Shown here: positions 19,265-28,590 of the stretch, piece after piece
How the letters are laid out: each line of letters opens with the position of its first letter
Position numbering within the stretch: position 1 is the first letter of the stretch
Assembly: GCA_045105515.1 (NCBI GenBank)
Contig: JBGCDR010000051.1
Location: forward strand, 1-64,000
DNA length: 64,000 nt
From: Oligoflexales bacterium
Lineage (GTDB): Bacteria; Bdellovibrionota_B; Oligoflexia; Oligoflexales; Bog-1112
Direction of reading: 5' to 3'
Position numbers and translations under genes: made by a program
The notes under the pieces: model-generated
Database searches by the model: none
What the model was told of the DNA's origin: nothing
The model's input: only the letters and a program-made list of their open reading frames with translations

Positions 19265-20170
19265 ATGAGCCACGGCTTCAGATTTTTTTTGCTCACTCTA
19301 TTTGGTTGTTTGTGCTCTTGCCATTTTAAATCTCATAAAATGAATGAAATGATCGTAAGTCACGAAGAATTTAGAGATGATAATTTTATAGATCTTCGAA
19401 TCAATAAAAAATCCTACGAACAATTATTGTCTGAACTTTCTAAACAATTAGAAACATCAAGCATCAATAAAAAAACATCAAAGAACTATTATTTTGACTA
19501 TTTTATAGATAAATCTGTTAGGGGCCAGATCCTGCGAAACCATGGTTTAGTGCTACGCATATTTATCGAAGCAGGCTTACCAAAAGTCCACTTAAAAATA
19601 AACCGTATGCTGAGAGACCCAAAAAACTCTTCAATTTTTAGCCGTTTTGATTATATTTGTCAGATTAAAAGCATCGATATTCTAAAGAAAATATTAGCTG
19701 GTGAAAAACCTCTACTTAGTCTCGAAGAAAAAGATTGCAAAATGCTTGACTCAATCAAGCATCCAATAGCGGTTACCAAAAAGTATCTAAGATCAGAAGT
19801 TTTGGGAAAACGAGGGATACCTAGAAGAATTCCGTTGGCAAGCATAAAGCCGATTGCTGTAAACCAAATAACTTCCCACAATTTAGTTGCCGAAATATCT
19901 GGGCAGAAGATTTTATTTCATATAGAAAAAATTATTTATCCGAAAGGAGTCGTAGGTTATAGCTTATTTGTGGATTTTAAAGGAATAGATAGTTTGAATA
20001 AATTTCATACTATATTCAATTATTTGCAACAAAAAGGAATATCTTATGCTCACAATTCACATCACGTCGAGGATCTTACTTTTCTTATTTCATATGCAGA
20101 AGAAACAGATTATTTGGATTTACTAAGATCAGGATATTTAACTAAAAAAGATATGAAGATCAGACTCTAA
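19265..20170 (+). CDS. Lipoprotein with degenerate CYTH-like domain
   Basis: Lipobox LCSC; YEQLL...KNYYFD...LRNHGLVLRI...HLK resembles CYTH/YjbK; ExExK is absent. Confidence 0.6.
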   Translation: MSHGFRFFLLTLFGCLCSCHFKSHKMNEMIVSHEEFRDDNFIDLRINKKSYEQLLSELSKQLETSSINKKTSKNYYFDYFIDKSVRGQILRNHGLVLRIFIEAGLPKVHLKINRMLRDPKNSSIFSRFDYICQIKSIDILKKILAGEKPLLSLEEKDCKMLDSIKHPIAVTKKYLRSEVLGKRGIPRRIPLASIKPIAVNQITSHNLVAEISGQKILFHIEKIIYPKGVVGYSLFVDFKGIDSLNKFHTIFNYLQQKGISYAHNSHHVEDLTFLISYAEETDYLDLLRSGYLTKKDMKIRL

Positions 20171-20556
20171 AGCCCGCCATAACCCTTCATTTGTAGTGTT
20201 TCGATGATCTGGTCAATGATTAGGCGTTGAGTTTTATCGAGCTCGGTAAATACCCCACCGATGCGAAATTTCTTTTCATCAAACCATCTTGTTTCTGTCT
20301 GGCATACCAATCTAGAAGGTGAATATATTCCCAGTGGGGCTAGGGGGATATTGAGCCAGAAAATATCTCCTGGCTTTGCTGAAAATTCGCCTGTGAATTC
20401 AAGTTTGAAGCCTTGTAGACTAATGTCTAAAAGGACACCACTATGAATCCCAAATGGCAACCACTTATACTTCCGTACTTCAACGAGTGCATGGGAAATA
20501 AAGCGCTCTTGCCTAGACTCTCCTTGTTTTCCATGCTGGCCACCTGCTGTCGTCAC
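20167..20556 (-). CDS. PilZ domain protein
   Basis: RQERF then DISLQG, plus the RW...G..F C-terminal pattern. Confidence 0.85.
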   Translation of the reverse strand: MTTAGGQHGKQGESRQERFISHALVEVRKYKWLPFGIHSGVLLDISLQGFKLEFTGEFSAKPGDIFWLNIPLAPLGIYSPSRLVCQTETRWFDEKKFRIGGVFTELDKTQRLIIDQIIETLQMKGYGGL

Positions 20557-20643
20557 CGAAGCACCTATAAAAAAAAAACCACATAGATTGTTTTATTTAA
20601 TTATTATACTTCATAAGTCGGCGTAGCGTCTACGTAATAAGAA

Positions 20644-21918
20644 ATGGCCATGGAGAATAGAAGAACGATGGATTATCGGCATGAAATTCCCAAGCGTGTG
20701 CGTGTCTTGATTCTAGGTGGTGGAATACATGGAGTAGGATTGCTTCATGATCTGGCAAGCCGGGGACTCAAAGATATTTTTCTATTAGAGAAAAATAGCC
20801 TGGCTCAAGGTACTAGCTCTAGGTCGACTAAGCTAATCCATGGAGGATTACGCTACCTTAAAAGAGCAAGTGATTATAGCCTAGTTTCTGAATCTTTGCG
20901 TGAACGCAAACTTTTATTGGATCTTGTTCCTGACTTGGTACATCCACTAGAACTAATTTTCCCAATATTAAATAAGGGGGGTGAAGGTTCCCTTATGGTT
21001 AAGATTGGCTTGAGTCTATATGATCGTTTGGCAGGTAAAGAAAAAGTAAATCCACATACAACTGTTCAGCTAGAAGAAGTATTAAAAAAAACACCCATTC
21101 TTAATCCAAGTGAGTTTAAAAAGTTTTATTCGTTTTGGGATGCACAAACCGATGACCTGGCTCTAGTAATGCGAGCGGCTAACTCAGCAGTCTCCCTTGG
21201 AGGGCGTATTTCTGAGCATTGTAGAGCCGTCAAAGTTTCAAAGTCTAAGGATGGATTTGATGTAGAAGTTCAAGAGGAAGGGTCTGAAATAAAGAAAATC
21301 AGTGCTCTTTACGTGGTCAATTGCCTGGGTCCTTGGGCAAACGATTTTTTGGAAAAAAGTTCAATAGAGCCGGCATTTTATGGTTTGAAAAACAAAGGTG
21401 TTCATTTGATATTGCCAGACAAAGGCCTAAAAGCAGGGCTCTTTCTGCAGTCTCCTGAAGACCGTAGGATTTTTTTCCTTCTTCCTTGGCTGGGTCATAC
21501 ATTGCTTGGAACCACTGAATCAGTTTTTGATGGTGATCCCGACCAGGTAGTAGCCCAAGATGAAGATATTGATTACCTCTTGAGCCGCTGTAATCGATAT
21601 TTGAACGAACCATTCAAGAAAAGTGAGATCGTATCAAGCTTTGCAGGCTTAAGGTGGCTTGCAATGGAAAAAAGTAAGACAATAAGTTCTACTTCGAGGG
21701 AATTTTCGCTCGGAGAGCAAGCTTCAGGCCGCGGCTTGCTAATCACCTTATATGGGGGAAAGCTCACAAGCTATCGTTCCCTGGCAGAAAAGATAGGTGA
21801 TAGAATCTCGTCTCATTTTGGAGAGTTCAGGCCAAGTCAGACTCATAAACAGGCATCTTGGATAAAAGCTGGCGAACATTCGTCGCCGCAAATCCTGGAA
21901 AGGTTCGTGCCAGGTTGA
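20644..21918 (+). CDS. glpD: FAD-dependent glycerol-3-phosphate dehydrogenase (short form)
   Basis: GGGIHG, GTSSRSTKLIHGGLRYL, GGKLTSYR motifs. Confidence 0.85.
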   Translation: MAMENRRTMDYRHEIPKRVRVLILGGGIHGVGLLHDLASRGLKDIFLLEKNSLAQGTSSRSTKLIHGGLRYLKRASDYSLVSESLRERKLLLDLVPDLVHPLELIFPILNKGGEGSLMVKIGLSLYDRLAGKEKVNPHTTVQLEEVLKKTPILNPSEFKKFYSFWDAQTDDLALVMRAANSAVSLGGRISEHCRAVKVSKSKDGFDVEVQEEGSEIKKISALYVVNCLGPWANDFLEKSSIEPAFYGLKNKGVHLILPDKGLKAGLFLQSPEDRRIFFLLPWLGHTLLGTTESVFDGDPDQVVAQDEDIDYLLSRCNRYLNEPFKKSEIVSSFAGLRWLAMEKSKTISSTSREFSLGEQASGRGLLITLYGGKLTSYRSLAEKIGDRISSHFGEFRPSQTHKQASWIKAGEHSSPQILERFVPG

Positions 21919-22066
21919 TAAATTAATAGTAATAAAAATTACTATAAAGAGACTATTTAATAGTGCTCTAATTCTAAAAAATATTAATATATTAAATGAT
22001 TATAATGCAAAATAAAAAAGCTATAAAAAAAATATTAAAATAAAAAGTAAAAGCTATAAAAATAAT

Positions 22067-22095
22067 TTGACTTATTGAATTTAATGGCATACATT
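22067..22095 (+). promoter_or_regulatory. Sigma70-type promoter with A-tract UP element
   Basis: TTGACT-17bp-TACATT, preceded by A-tracts and a duplicated AAAAGCTATAAAAA. Confidence 0.6.
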
Positions 22096-22100
22096 TCTTC

Positions 22101-22194
22101 GTGCAAGGCGAAGCCACACACCGAAGGATCACACAGCCTTGCAGCATCACACATCAGGACCGCAAGCAGGACCACAAAACCTCTTGTTATGCAC
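22101..22194 (+). ncRNA. Candidate small regulatory RNA
   Basis: Starts 6 nt after the -10 box and is GC-richer than its flanks. It has complementary ends (GTGCA/TGCAC), an internal TGCAAGGC/GCCTTGCA stem and three AGGA motifs. Confidence 0.45.
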
Positions 22195-22225
22195 TAGGTA
22201 TTTAGTATTTAGAGTGGGGGGTAAT

Positions 22226-22588
22226 TTAAAGGAAACTTTGGATTTTTTCCCAGGTCAATTCGGATTTTTCAATTTTTCCATCTGCAAATTTATCGATGTT
22301 TTCTTGATCAAAGCCAAAGTGTTCAAGTGTTGAACAAACTAGAATGGTTCCTTTGAATCCTAGGTCAACCCGGACAAACTCTAACAAGTTTAGAGAAACT
22401 ATTGTTTTGCCTTTTAACTTGTAATCAAAGATGATTAGGTCAGTTGAAGCAAGGGTTTCTGCCGATTCCTTTTCTTCCAATTTTCCTTCGCTTAAATAGT
22501 AGCGAGCATTAATATCTTTCCCAGAAAAAATGTCTTTGTATAAATTTAAAAAAAATGACTCATCGTCAAGTACTATCACATTTAGCAT
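22226..22588 (-). CDS. Single-domain response regulator (CheY-like)
   Basis: VIVLDDE, LIIFDY (phospho-Asp), conserved S/T and K. Confidence 0.85.
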   Translation of the reverse strand: MLNVIVLDDESFFLNLYKDIFSGKDINARYYLSEGKLEEKESAETLASTDLIIFDYKLKGKTIVSLNLLEFVRVDLGFKGTILVCSTLEHFGFDQENIDKFADGKIEKSELTWEKIQSFL

Positions 22589-22634
22589 CGTTATTCTCCT
22601 GTATATGCCTACCGATTTAGTCTCAAGTCGAGAG

Positions 22635-23195
22635 CTATTCGGTGTCTTTTTGATTCTTGAGCTTTACAAGCTTCAAGGCTTTGGTTACCTGATCCATCAC
22701 ATCAATATCAAGCTCTTCTAGGTCAGCTACTAAACTCATGAAATTTTCGAAATATTTAGTTTGTCTTCGACCTTTGCTGCAAATTTCAACAAAGCGCTTT
22801 CTTGTTTTGAGGTTGAGTCCATCACACGCCTGGAGAATAATGTTTTCCCAATTTTCGAGACCTTCCTTCAAATTTCCTTGATGATCGAATCTAGGATTTT
22901 CATCTAAAAGGTAAGCTACAAAATCAGTTATGGGTATGTCTCGAAGGTTTGCAAGGGACTGAAGATAACTAATGGCAGTAAGCAGTTTAGGTGTGGGTTT
23001 CGTGGCACCCCTTACTTCGTAGTATCTAGGTAGTCCTATGTTGAGATAATCGGCCATAGCTTGTGACACCGATGGAGAACTTAGATCGTTCGCTTGCTTG
23101 TATTCCATTTCATACTTTTTGATGTAGTGGCTCAGTAGCTGCTGTAGCTTAACCTTCTCGTGTTCACTTAAGGGTACTTTTTCTGGTAACTTCAT
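22635..23195 (-). CDS. Putative XRE-like helix-turn-helix regulator
   Basis: SQAMADYLNIGLPRYYEVRG resembles an HTH; a GGAG SD precedes ATG 23195 (TTG 23243 is an alternative start). Confidence 0.5.
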   Translation of the reverse strand: MKLPEKVPLSEHEKVKLQQLLSHYIKKYEMEYKQANDLSSPSVSQAMADYLNIGLPRYYEVRGATKPTPKLLTAISYLQSLANLRDIPITDFVAYLLDENPRFDHQGNLKEGLENWENIILQACDGLNLKTRKRFVEICSKGRRQTKYFENFMSLVADLEELDIDVMDQVTKALKLVKLKNQKDTE

Positions 23196-23583
23196 GCTAA
23201 CTCCTAATGGAGATGTAAAAAAATCAAAAATTTTTTGTGTCAAATCACATCAGGCGATCATTGGGCAATGATATTAGATGATTGTGCAATCGAAATCGTG
23301 AAAAAACACTATTTAAAAAGTGATAAAAGATAACATAAAGCTATTTCTGATCCAAGCTAATTGTAAAAGTAGGGCATAACATCCTATAATATAGGGAGAA
23401 TATAATTAATATTTTGTCTCTTTTTCTGCTTTTTCATGTTCCTTTGCTTCTAACAATAGCTATGCATCTTCTTTTTTCCTTGCAATCTGAAGCTTTGCTT
23501 CTTTATAAACACAACATAAATGAAAACATCAGGAGCAACTAAGCTTTGTGTAAGAATCTAATAAATATAGTTTTTGTGGGTAA

Positions 23584-24819
23584 TTGCTTATGAAAGAAAT
23601 AGATTGGAACAAAAAACTTTTCAAATTTATATTAGTCTTGGCACCTTCGGTTATGACCTTGGGTATGGCAATGGATATCTATATTCCTTCCGTTCCAAAA
23701 ATGCCGCAATCATTGAATACAAATGCTGGATCTATTCAATTTACTTTGACAGTTTTTCTTTTGGGCTTTGGTCTTGGTCAACTGTTCATGGGACCACTTT
23801 GTGATCGTTATGGGAGGCGCTTGTTAGGTATTTTGAGCGCTATTACCTATATTGCCTCTTCATTAATGTGTGCAGTGGCAGTAAATGTTGAAGTGCTTAT
23901 AATCGCAAGAATATTTCAAGCTTTTGGGGCTTGTGGTACACAAATTGTAGCATTTGCTGTTGTTAAAGACTTGTTACAAGGAAAACAAGCAGTATTAGTA
24001 ATCAATTATCTGAAAGGGGTTATGGGAATTGCTCCAATAGTTGCACCTATCATTGGAGCCTTTCTTGATTCTTATTTTGGTTGGAGGATGTCATTTGGGT
24101 TTTTGGCTTTGTTTGGAGTTTTAGTATTGTCGATATCATATTTTATCCTTTCTGAATCACTACCAATAAAGTCACAAATTCCAATTGATTATCGGTTACT
24201 AAGTCGCTATGGTAGGTTATATGGAAATCCCCAGTTTTTGATTTTTTCTGCATGTTGCATCTCCGCACACTCGGTGTTATTTTGCTTTTTTTCGATTTCA
24301 CCTCATATCATCATTTCTATTCTAGGTTTTGATACCACAGAGTTCAGTCTGTTTTTTGGAATAAATGCAGTGGTGTTTTTTGTTAGTAGTGTTGTTTCTG
24401 GAAAAATTCAGATTCGAGTTGGAGCTACCAATACAATAATTTATGGATCTAGTTTGATTTTTTTCGGTGGTTTGATAATGCTGACTTTTCATGCTTTCAA
24501 TGGTTTAAGCTTGCTTCAATTTTTGTTACCGAGCTACTTAGCATCTGCTGGAGTTGCTTTTGTGTTGGGTAATGCAATGGCTGAAGGTATAGCTCCTTAC
24601 TCTAATATGGTAGGCACAGCAGCAGCAGCTATGGGATGCCTAGAAGTTTTGGTCGCGGGTCTTATTGGTAATACTATGATGAGTTTTGGACCCATAAATG
24701 ATAGTTTTCCAGAAGCTATCACTTTATTGTTTCTTGGGTCTGCTCCGTTGATTCTTCTGTTTTTGAACAGATTTATTTCTAAACAGAAAGTGTTGAAACC
24801 AAGTCAAGTTGTGAGTTAA
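23584..24819 (+). CDS. Bcr/CflA (CmlA/FloR-like) MFS efflux transporter
   Basis: AMDIYIPSVP, GQLFMGPLCDRYGRR, RIFQAFG, APIIGA..GWR motifs. Confidence 0.9.
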   Translation: MLMKEIDWNKKLFKFILVLAPSVMTLGMAMDIYIPSVPKMPQSLNTNAGSIQFTLTVFLLGFGLGQLFMGPLCDRYGRRLLGILSAITYIASSLMCAVAVNVEVLIIARIFQAFGACGTQIVAFAVVKDLLQGKQAVLVINYLKGVMGIAPIVAPIIGAFLDSYFGWRMSFGFLALFGVLVLSISYFILSESLPIKSQIPIDYRLLSRYGRLYGNPQFLIFSACCISAHSVLFCFFSISPHIIISILGFDTTEFSLFFGINAVVFFVSSVVSGKIQIRVGATNTIIYGSSLIFFGGLIMLTFHAFNGLSLLQFLLPSYLASAGVAFVLGNAMAEGIAPYSNMVGTAAAAMGCLEVLVAGLIGNTMMSFGPINDSFPEAITLLFLGSAPLILLFLNRFISKQKVLKPSQVVS

Positions 24820-24849
24820 AGGTGAGTTCTCGGATTTGCAAACTTAAAA

Positions 24850-26808
24850 CTACTGTCGGCCCATCGCGTTTAATTGGTTCAAGGTGTCTTCTAGCTCTTC
24901 GGATGCTTCGAGCCATTCAACTTCTTCGTCCTCTAGGCGGTTTTTTAGTTCCTGATTTTCTTTATGTTTATTGTTGATAGCTTCGTAGTCGTTTGGATCG
25001 AGTGAGCTCAAGCCTTCTTCGTTCAGAGAAATTTTTTCTTTTAAAATTTCCATAGATTTTTCAAGTCTCGAGGCATTTTTTTCAAGTCGGGACTTTTTTC
25101 GTTTTAGTTCCTTAAAATTCGTTTGGACTAAATTATCTAGTGTTTTTGTATTAGCATCTTTTTGCGAATTATCATCATCTGAACATGGATCAAGGACATC
25201 TGGAAAGCCTGCTATTGTAGCTAGTTTTTTATAGTCTTCTAAGTTTCCCTCAAATAGCATAGATCTACCATCAGGTAGCATTGCAAAAACATGGCTACAT
25301 ACTCGATCAATAAGTTCTCTGTCATGGCTTACAAATATCATGGTACCTTTGTAGCCATTTAAAGCCGATATGAGACTTTCTGCGCTCTTCATATCGAGAT
25401 GGTTGGTTGGTTCATCCAATAGAAGCAAATTTGATTTTCTACTTAATACATTCGCTAAACCAACACGGCTTTTTTCACCACCTGACAAAATTTTTACCTG
25501 TTTAAATACGTCATCTCCGCTGAATAAAAAGCTTCCTAACAAACCACGGATTTCCCTTTGTCCCCAATCTGTATTTCTTTGAATGTTATCGAAAATGCTT
25601 AGCTCGGGATTTAGGGTTTCTAGCTGGTCCTGAGCAAAATAAGAAATTAGAGTTTTGTTACCTGTGAGAAAATTTCCTTCTAATGCTTTAATCTTACCAA
25701 CAATTGTTTTGAGAAATGTCGATTTACCAATGCCGTTAGCACCGATTATCGCAATCTTATGACCACGCTCAATTTGAAGTTTAATTCCACGGCTTAAGGC
25801 TTTTGTATAGCCTATCGATCCATTATCGACATTAAAAAGAATGCGATCTGATTTTTCGGGCTCTGGTAGTGTAAAGGATAACTTTATATCAGGTCTTTCT
25901 TCTGGAATTTGTGATTCTTCTTGCTCGAGGCGAGCGATCATCTTTACTCGAGATTGGGCTTGTTTGGCTTTTGTTGCTTTAGCACCAAAGCGTTTGACAA
26001 ATGACTCTAACTCATCTTTACGACGTAGAAGTTGAGCTCTAGTTGCTGCTTCCTGATCCCGCCTGAGGGTACTAGATTCTAAGAATTTATTATAATTGCC
26101 CTTATAAGGGACCAAAGCACCTTGGTGAAGGTGTAAGGTCATACTTGCAAGACGGTTCAATAATGTCTTATCGTGGGAAACAAATAAAAGGGTACCTGCA
26201 AAGCTTTTTAAATAGTTTTCAACCCAAACCAAACTCGGAAGGTCTAAATGGTTTGTAGGCTCATCGAGAATTAGGAAATCAGGATTTTTGATAAACAGTT
26301 TAGCCAGCTCAAGTCGCATTCTCCAGCCACCCGACAGTTTCAATGGTGACTCCTTGAGTATCTCAGGAGAAAATCCTAGTCCACTTAGGATTGAACTAGC
26401 TTTTGCAGTGAGGCTATAACCTCCTGCTGATTTATAAGCTGTTTCGGCCGCTTCGTAGGTTTGGATGGAATCTTCTTGATGGTCCATCTCCATTGTTTTT
26501 ACAGCTGCATCCATCTTAAATTTGAGGTCAACAAGGTGTTTATTGCCTGCTTCACATTCTTCGATTACAGTAGGTTTTGGATGATTGTTGGGCTCTTGAG
26601 GTAGGTACCCCAAGCTTATCTTTTGTGGCTTTAGTATGGTTCCTTCATCAGGACTCTCAAGCTCAGTTATCATATTAAGAAGAGTCGACTTCCCTGCTCC
26701 ATTGTCACCTATGAGAGCTATTTTTTCCCCATGTGGAAAGTGAAATGATGCTCCTCGCATCAGTATTTTATTGCCATATGATTTTACTAAATTTTCTATG
26801 CGGATCAC
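24850..26808 (-). CDS. ABC-F family ATPase
   Basis: Two ABC domains (GDNGAGKS/LSGGW/DEPTNHLD and GANGIGKS/LSGGE), no TM segments, C-terminal coiled coil. Confidence 0.95.
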   Translation of the reverse strand: MIRIENLVKSYGNKILMRGASFHFPHGEKIALIGDNGAGKSTLLNMITELESPDEGTILKPQKISLGYLPQEPNNHPKPTVIEECEAGNKHLVDLKFKMDAAVKTMEMDHQEDSIQTYEAAETAYKSAGGYSLTAKASSILSGLGFSPEILKESPLKLSGGWRMRLELAKLFIKNPDFLILDEPTNHLDLPSLVWVENYLKSFAGTLLFVSHDKTLLNRLASMTLHLHQGALVPYKGNYNKFLESSTLRRDQEAATRAQLLRRKDELESFVKRFGAKATKAKQAQSRVKMIARLEQEESQIPEERPDIKLSFTLPEPEKSDRILFNVDNGSIGYTKALSRGIKLQIERGHKIAIIGANGIGKSTFLKTIVGKIKALEGNFLTGNKTLISYFAQDQLETLNPELSIFDNIQRNTDWGQREIRGLLGSFLFSGDDVFKQVKILSGGEKSRVGLANVLSRKSNLLLLDEPTNHLDMKSAESLISALNGYKGTMIFVSHDRELIDRVCSHVFAMLPDGRSMLFEGNLEDYKKLATIAGFPDVLDPCSDDDNSQKDANTKTLDNLVQTNFKELKRKKSRLEKNASRLEKSMEILKEKISLNEEGLSSLDPNDYEAINNKHKENQELKNRLEDEEVEWLEASEELEDTLNQLNAMGRQ

Positions 26809-27044
26809 TCTTACTTCTCCTTGATACCCAACTTTATATAGGTTTTGAGATCTTAAATTTTTTTATAGTTCCATGCAATCTGCAAGCTAAGAAAGAGTGT
26901 CTTATTGATCAAGGTTACGCATTTATTGAAGTTTTAGTTGGATTTTATACTAAGATCATTTAATCTGAGGTATATTAGATATGAACTTAACTATCCTAAA
27001 AAACTAAAGCTTTCTCCAATCTTTAACCACTGAAAGAATCTGCT

Positions 27045-28451
27045 ATGAGTGTTGTTTCGAACGATGAGTGGTTTGGTCACCCTAAAGGGCTCTTCATTTT
27101 GTTTTTTACAGAGCTTTGGGAACGGTTTAGCTATTATGGAATGAGAGCTATCCTCGTACTATACATGATTTCGCTCTCTTCAGGGCAAAACCCAGGGTTT
27201 GGTTGGGATGAAGCGACTGCACTTAGCATTTATGGTTGGTATACCATGGCTGTTTATTTAGCCTCCATACCGGGGGGCATTCTAGCTGATCGCATGCTTG
27301 GTCAGAAAACAACGGTTATGTTAGGTGGAGGTTTGCTGTGTGCTGGGCATATGGTTTTGGCAATCAATGCCATGTGGGCATTTTTTCTTGGTCTCGGCTT
27401 GATAGTCTTGGGTGTTGGTGCTTTAAAGCCAAATATTTCGACCATGGTTGGAGGTTTGTACGAGCCTTCTGATATTAGACGTGATTCTGGTTTCACCATT
27501 TTTTACATTGGCATCAACTTAGGAGCATTTTTGGCGGCTCTTGTGGTTGGGTATGTGGGCGAGAAGGTGGGCTGGCATTATGGCTTTGGCTTAGCAGGCA
27601 TTGGGATGTTTGTAGGACAAGCAGTCTACATCTTTGGGCAAAAGCACTTAAAACATGTTGGTAATCTATATGCAGGCGAAAAAGGTGAAGGTCAGGGTAA
27701 AAACAAGCATTTAAGCCCCGTAGAGAAAGATCGGATTGTTGTCCTATTCATATCTTTTCTTATTGTCATTGTATTTTGGGGAGCTTTCGAACAAGCCGGC
27801 GGGTTGATGAACATCTATACCAAGCAAAAAATAAATCGCATGATGTTTGGTTTCGAAATTCCGGCAAGTACCTTTCAGTCGTTAAATCCGCTGTTTATCA
27901 TGATGTTTGGTACTTTGGTTGCAACATTTTGGATGGGCCGAAAGCGAAAAAACAAGGAATCATCATCACTTTTCAAGATGGCTATTGGAACCATGATAAT
28001 GGGTTTAGGATTTCTGCTCATGAGTTTTGCTGCAATTGAAGCGCAAACAGCAAGCAATGGCCAAGCCGCCATGGTTTGGTTAGTCGGTGCATATTTTCTC
28101 CACACAATTGGAGAGCTTTGTGCATCACCTGTTGCTCTCTCATTTATTACGAGATTGGCTCCCGCCAAATATGCTTCTATCATGATGGGAGTTTTCTTTG
28201 CCTGTACAGGCCTCGGTAACAAGATTGCTGGCCTCGTTGGTGAAGCAGCTCAGGATGCAGGTGAACTGCATGTTTTTACTGGAATTTGTGTTTTTTGTGT
28301 GATTTTTGGCCTCCTTATTATTGCCTTTTTAAGGCAATTAAAACGGCTAACTCATGGAGCGGAAGAAGATTTAGTGTCGAGTATCCGTGCTGATAGCAAG
28401 CTCAATGACAAATTTTCATCCCAAGGTGATGAGCAGGTTCGAACTTCGTAA
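27045..28451 (+). CDS. POT/PTR family oligopeptide:H+ symporter
   Basis: FGHPKGL, ELWERFSYYGMR, FYIGINLG, GELCASP motifs. Confidence 0.95.
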   Translation: MSVVSNDEWFGHPKGLFILFFTELWERFSYYGMRAILVLYMISLSSGQNPGFGWDEATALSIYGWYTMAVYLASIPGGILADRMLGQKTTVMLGGGLLCAGHMVLAINAMWAFFLGLGLIVLGVGALKPNISTMVGGLYEPSDIRRDSGFTIFYIGINLGAFLAALVVGYVGEKVGWHYGFGLAGIGMFVGQAVYIFGQKHLKHVGNLYAGEKGEGQGKNKHLSPVEKDRIVVLFISFLIVIVFWGAFEQAGGLMNIYTKQKINRMMFGFEIPASTFQSLNPLFIMMFGTLVATFWMGRKRKNKESSSLFKMAIGTMIMGLGFLLMSFAAIEAQTASNGQAAMVWLVGAYFLHTIGELCASPVALSFITRLAPAKYASIMMGVFFACTGLGNKIAGLVGEAAQDAGELHVFTGICVFCVIFGLLIIAFLRQLKRLTHGAEEDLVSSIRADSKLNDKFSSQGDEQVRTS

Positions 28452-28475
28452 AACCCCGACCCCAAAGGCTTTTGC

Positions 28476-28501
28476 CCTTGCTAAAAAGCTCATTAGCAAG
28501 G
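28476..28501. other. 9-bp inverted repeat between the POT gene and ileS (hairpin or operator)
   Basis: CCTTGCTAA-8nt-TTAGCAAGG; overlaps a possible TTGCTA-18bp-TATCTT promoter. Confidence 0.5.
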
Positions 28502-28590
28502 TATCTTCAAAAGCTTGTATCGATAAGGCCAATGAGTCATAAATGGTCACTCAAGCCGAAAAAATTGTCTATTAAATTGGGGTAAGTTAC

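Noticed and set aside
20644..21918. glpD shorter than the usual ~500 aa, considered as a pseudogene
   Set aside because: All FAD and substrate motifs are intact and no frameshifted remainder follows the stop.
22139..22333. 64-aa + strand ORF starting at TTG inside the candidate sRNA
   Set aside because: It overlaps the response regulator antisense by more than 100 bp and has no recognisable protein features. It is kept only as the alternative explanation for the sRNA finding.
28452..28590. Possible T-box leader upstream of ileS (and of valS)
   Set aside because: No T-box consensus (GGTGGTACCGCG-like) or specifier stem is visible, and the leader is too short.
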